A DNA stretch of 64,000 nucleotides from Candidatus Magasanikiibacteriota bacterium. GTDB taxonomy: Bacteria; Patescibacteriota; Patescibacteriia; Magasanikbacterales; UBA922. Below, one piece after another: positions 61,009-64,000 of this stretch; the stretch's first letter is position 1, and the number at the start of each line of letters is the position of its first letter. The stretch covers positions 87,783 through 151,782 of the forward strand of contig JABIEQ010000002.1 in NCBI GenBank assembly GCA_018651085.1, in the 5' to 3' direction. Made by a program: the position numbers and the translations under genes. The notes under the pieces were generated by a model. That model did not search any database. It had not been told where the DNA came from and saw only the letters and a program-made list of their open reading frames with translations.

Positions 61009-61353
61009 TTATTTTACGAGATCAACGATCTTTTCAAATGTTTGAGGATGTTTTGCTGCGATTTCTGAAAGTACTTTTCGGTTCAGTCCAACTTCTTTTT
61101 CTTTCAGTTTGCCAGTAAATACGCTGTAGCTTAGTCCAAATTTTCGGACAGCGGCGTTAATACGTACTTGCCACAATGCTCTCATAACACGCTTTTTCTT
61201 TCTACGGTCACGATATGCATGTGCTCCAGCTTTTGTTTCTGCTGTTTTTGCTAATTTTATGAGGTTTTTACGTCCGTTAGAGAATCCTTTCACTCGTTTC
61301 ATGAGTGACTTTCGTTTCTTTAAGTGACTTTTTCCTCGTTTTACTCTTGCCAT
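61009..61353 (-). CDS. rplT: Ribosomal protein bL20
   Basis: MARVKRG, AYRDRR.KKR, LWQVRINAA, LNRKVLSE. Confidence 0.98.
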   Translation of the reverse strand: MARVKRGKSHLKKRKSLMKRVKGFSNGRKNLIKLAKTAETKAGAHAYRDRRKKKRVMRALWQVRINAAVRKFGLSYSVFTGKLKEKEVGLNRKVLSEIAAKHPQTFEKIVDLVK

Positions 61354-61368
61354 ACTAGGATGATTAAT

Positions 61369-61587
61369 TTAGAGGCTATGTGGCATTGCTGCCTTAATTG
61401 CCTTGTGGTTTGCCTTGATCATACCGTCAGTTCTCTTATTTCGCTTGATTTTTCCGGATTCACGTGCATTAAAATGCCCTTGACCACAAGTTCTTTTTTC
61501 GACTGTCATTTCTACTTTTCCAGTCTTTTTGTTCTTCTTTCTTCTAATTTTTAGTCGTTTTACAAACGATTTTTTTGTTTTTTGCAT
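61369..61587 (-). CDS. rpmI: Ribosomal protein bL35
   Basis: KTKKS..KR, GQGHFN; synteny infC-rpmI-rplT; ATG at 61587. Confidence 0.88.
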   Translation of the reverse strand: MQKTKKSFVKRLKIRRKKNKKTGKVEMTVEKRTCGQGHFNARESGKIKRNKRTDGMIKANHKAIKAAMPHSL

Positions 61588-61675
61588 ATAACCATTCAGG
61601 TCAGATAAATACAAGTGGTAGGAGTATAGCTTCTTTCTTCTATACTGTCAAGTATAGATTTGTGTATAGTAAGGC

Positions 61676-62224
61676 TTATTTTTTGGCTACAATAGCGGTA
61701 ATTTTGTTTCCTTGTCTTGTGGGTTCTTGTTCGTGTCTAATCGAGGTATTCTCTTCTAGACGAGTAACAAAGGTTTTAATGATCTCATAGGCCATTTGTG
61801 ACTTTCCTCGTTCTCTTCCTCGGAGGATGATTTCTACTTTCACCTTATCTCCTCGGCTTAGGAATTTTTCTGCTTGTTTTTGTCTTACACCCATATCACC
61901 CTCACTAATTCGCATAGATAGGCGTATTCCTTTCAGTTCAGCTACGTGTGTCCGGGCTTTTTGTTTTCGGGCCTCTTTTTCTTTTTGATACTTAAAATGC
62001 GTAAAATCAAGAATTTGCGCGATTGGTGGCACTGCTTTTGGGTTGATTTCTACTAAATCAAGTTCTTGTTCACGTGCCATGTTTAAGGCTTCTCTTGTTG
62101 TGAATATTCCTAGGTTTTCTCCTTCAGCACCAATAAGACGCACTTCTGGTGCTTCTATGCGGTTGTTAAGGTTGAATTTTGGAATGAGAAGCTTTTTAGG
62201 TCTTTTCTTTCTTGATATTCGCAT
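61676..62224 (-). CDS. infC: Translation initiation factor IF-3
   Basis: EVRLIG..GENLG, LDLVEI, GDKVKV...RGRE. Confidence 0.97.
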   Translation of the reverse strand: MRISRKKRPKKLLIPKFNLNNRIEAPEVRLIGAEGENLGIFTTREALNMAREQELDLVEINPKAVPPIAQILDFTHFKYQKEKEARKQKARTHVAELKGIRLSMRISEGDMGVRQKQAEKFLSRGDKVKVEIILRGRERGKSQMAYEIIKTFVTRLEENTSIRHEQEPTRQGNKITAIVAKK

Positions 62225-62374
62225 ATCATTATGAGGTTTATACTGAGCTCACTATAGCAACTTATAAAAAACATGTCAATGGAGGGGATTTCTTCTGAAT
62301 TTATGGTTGACTATAGTCTTTTGTAGTGGTATGGTGCTCACTGGTTTTCCATCTTATGACTCAAGGGGGAGGTT

Positions 62375-62890
62375 ATGGATACTTTGTGGTGTGTTTCGAC
62401 AAAGGTGTCTTCGGGAGCGTTGCTGTTCATCGGTTCGGTGACTACCTATGGTGGTCCTACTCCACGTTCGCTTGCAGGAGTGGAGGTCTCGGATACTTCT
62501 GTTGGCCTCATCACTCATAGTCTGGCTGGGGTAGAGGCCTTTCTCATTCATCATGGTCAGGAGCTTGATGATGAAAGTCGGGATCTTTGTTTCGATCAGC
62601 TGTCCCGACGGCCTTGGGCGTACGGAATGCACTTGCCGGACCGGGACACTTCGATCACTGATCCGTTCGCAGCCTCTTTGTGGGCACAGTTCCTTCTCCT
62701 GATGGGACGTGCGCCTCAATTTTCGAAGGGGGCAGTTCGTTTGCCTACGGAGATTCTTTCGATTCTCAGTCTGGCCGATGCGATGCATCTTGGCACGGCT
62801 AATCGACAGGTTCTGTGGAAGCTGGCGCTGTCGTCTTTGCTTGTGGAGCCGCCGGACTTCGATCAAGAGACTGTGATCATGGGGCTCTGA
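62375..62890 (+). CDS. Hypothetical protein (GC-richer ORFan)
   Basis: 171 aa; GGGGGAGG SD, TTGACT-17-TATGGT promoter at 62307-62335, 3' hairpin. Confidence 0.6.
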   Translation: MDTLWCVSTKVSSGALLFIGSVTTYGGPTPRSLAGVEVSDTSVGLITHSLAGVEAFLIHHGQELDDESRDLCFDQLSRRPWAYGMHLPDRDTSITDPFAASLWAQFLLLMGRAPQFSKGAVRLPTEILSILSLADAMHLGTANRQVLWKLALSSLLVEPPDFDQETVIMGL

Positions 62891-63020
62891 AGATGGATCA
62901 AAGGGGGAGGCCGCTTGCGTTTTCGTATTGCGGCCACTCCTCGTAGAGATGTTATAACAAATATATGACATTTGTCCGAGAACAAAAAATCAACATATGT
63001 TATATGTTGATTTTTTATTG

Positions 63021-63414
63021 TGGAGATGCTGGGATTTGAACCCAGGTCTAGAGCGGGCTACCTACACACTCTACATACATAGCCGTTTTGTTGTTTCATA
63101 CTGTGATAAAAAAGCGGCAAAATCACGCAGTACTAGCCTAGGAGAATTTCAGATATACCATGCAGACACACTATATACCCTACACTCAATGTTTTGACAC
63201 CGCGGGACCATTATTGAGTATCATGGACGCGATGGCTGTGCTTATTTAGGCAACAACAGATGCGAGTGTTGGCATAGCAAATGCGTTAGCAAGTGTAGCC
63301 TTTACTCGACTGATAACGTTTGCACGTAATCGGTTGCCCCTTGATTTACGAGGGGAGACACCCTCGGTATGCATATATAGATAACGGATCCGTCTATCGA
63401 GTCCTGTCATCCCC
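63021..63414 (-). ncRNA. ssrA: tmRNA
   Basis: 5' GGGGATG pairs with 3' CATCTCC-A; T-arm GGGTTCAAATCCC; internal tag ORF; directly downstream of smpB. Confidence 0.95.
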
Positions 63415-63423
63415 ATTAGAGCC

Positions 63424-63873
63424 TTATTGGTGTTCTTTCATGATTCTCGCTGTTTCTCGTTTCTGCTCACGTGTTTTGATGCTTTGTCGTTTATCGTATT
63501 TCTTTTTTCCTTTAACAATAGCAACTTCCACCTTAATATGGCGACCCTTAGTATATACTGATAATGGGACAATTGTCAATCCTTTTTCCTCTATTTTTCC
63601 CCTTAAATAAGCAATTTCTTTTTTATGAAAGAGGAGTGTTCTACTCCTCGTTGGTTCATATTCGCCTTTAAGGTTTGCAAACTTATATGGTGCAATATGC
63701 GCATTTGTAAGCATGGGGGTCTCTTTATGAAATGTGACATATGATCCTTTGAGGTTTATTTGACCGTCTCTTACAGATTTTACCTCTTGCCCAGAGAGCA
63801 TTAAGCCGGCCTCAAGGGTTTTGAGGACTTCATAGTCGTGAAATACTTTTTTATTTTTTGCGTATGTAGGCAT
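63424..63873 (-). CDS. smpB: SsrA-binding protein
   Basis: LEAGLMLSGQEVKSVR, R.LL.HKKEI, GLTIVPL, KGKKKYDKR. Confidence 0.98.
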   Translation of the reverse strand: MPTYAKNKKVFHDYEVLKTLEAGLMLSGQEVKSVRDGQINLKGSYVTFHKETPMLTNAHIAPYKFANLKGEYEPTRSRTLLFHKKEIAYLRGKIEEKGLTIVPLSVYTKGRHIKVEVAIVKGKKKYDKRQSIKTREQKRETARIMKEHQ

Positions 63874-64000
63874 AGTGCTTCAAGGATAGCAACTTTTCCC
63901 CTCTTTTACTAGGGGAGAGGGCATGGTATACTTTCATGGAGCATGTATTGTTTTTTAATTTATTTTTATCTGTTAAATGACGTTTATGTCCAATCCTTCG

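Noticed and set aside
62354-62971. 205-aa minus-strand ORF
   Set aside because: Antisense shadow of 62375-62890, which has the promoter, SD and 3' hairpin.

Overview
AT-rich, gene-dense bacterial chromosome segment with the hallmarks of a Patescibacteria/CPR genome (Parcubacteria-like; Magasanikbacteria-type is inference): no L30 gene between rpsE and rplO, 16S with OD1-type primer mismatches, mostly SD-less genes, standard code 11. Contents in order: a solitary 16S rRNA gene, a low-GC TPR-CotH-TTM-VTC-DUF4956 cluster, an FN3 surface protein, U32 protein plus ferredoxin, tuf and the S10/spc r-protein genes, secY-adk-map-yqgF-recO, tRNA-Asn/asnS/aspS, a glycan cluster with two AftA-like GT-C enzymes and AlgI/AlgJ-like O-acetylation genes, scpAB, parAB, an 1801-aa secreted protein, a DEAD-box helicase, rplT-rpmI-infC and ssrA-smpB; five tRNA genes in total. 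The strongest unannotated signal is a complete ribosome-dependent attenuator (leader peptide MIYQIHINNNNGNNNCH, alternative stems, terminator) placed directly in front of the tRNA-Asn gene and asnS. Also notable: a ~420-nt highly structured transcript (59535-59959), a ~110-nt hairpin RNA with an anti-SD-like loop (60707-60816), and a 53-aa very basic ORF absent from the ORF track. All family assignments are from motif recognition by eye; no searches were run.
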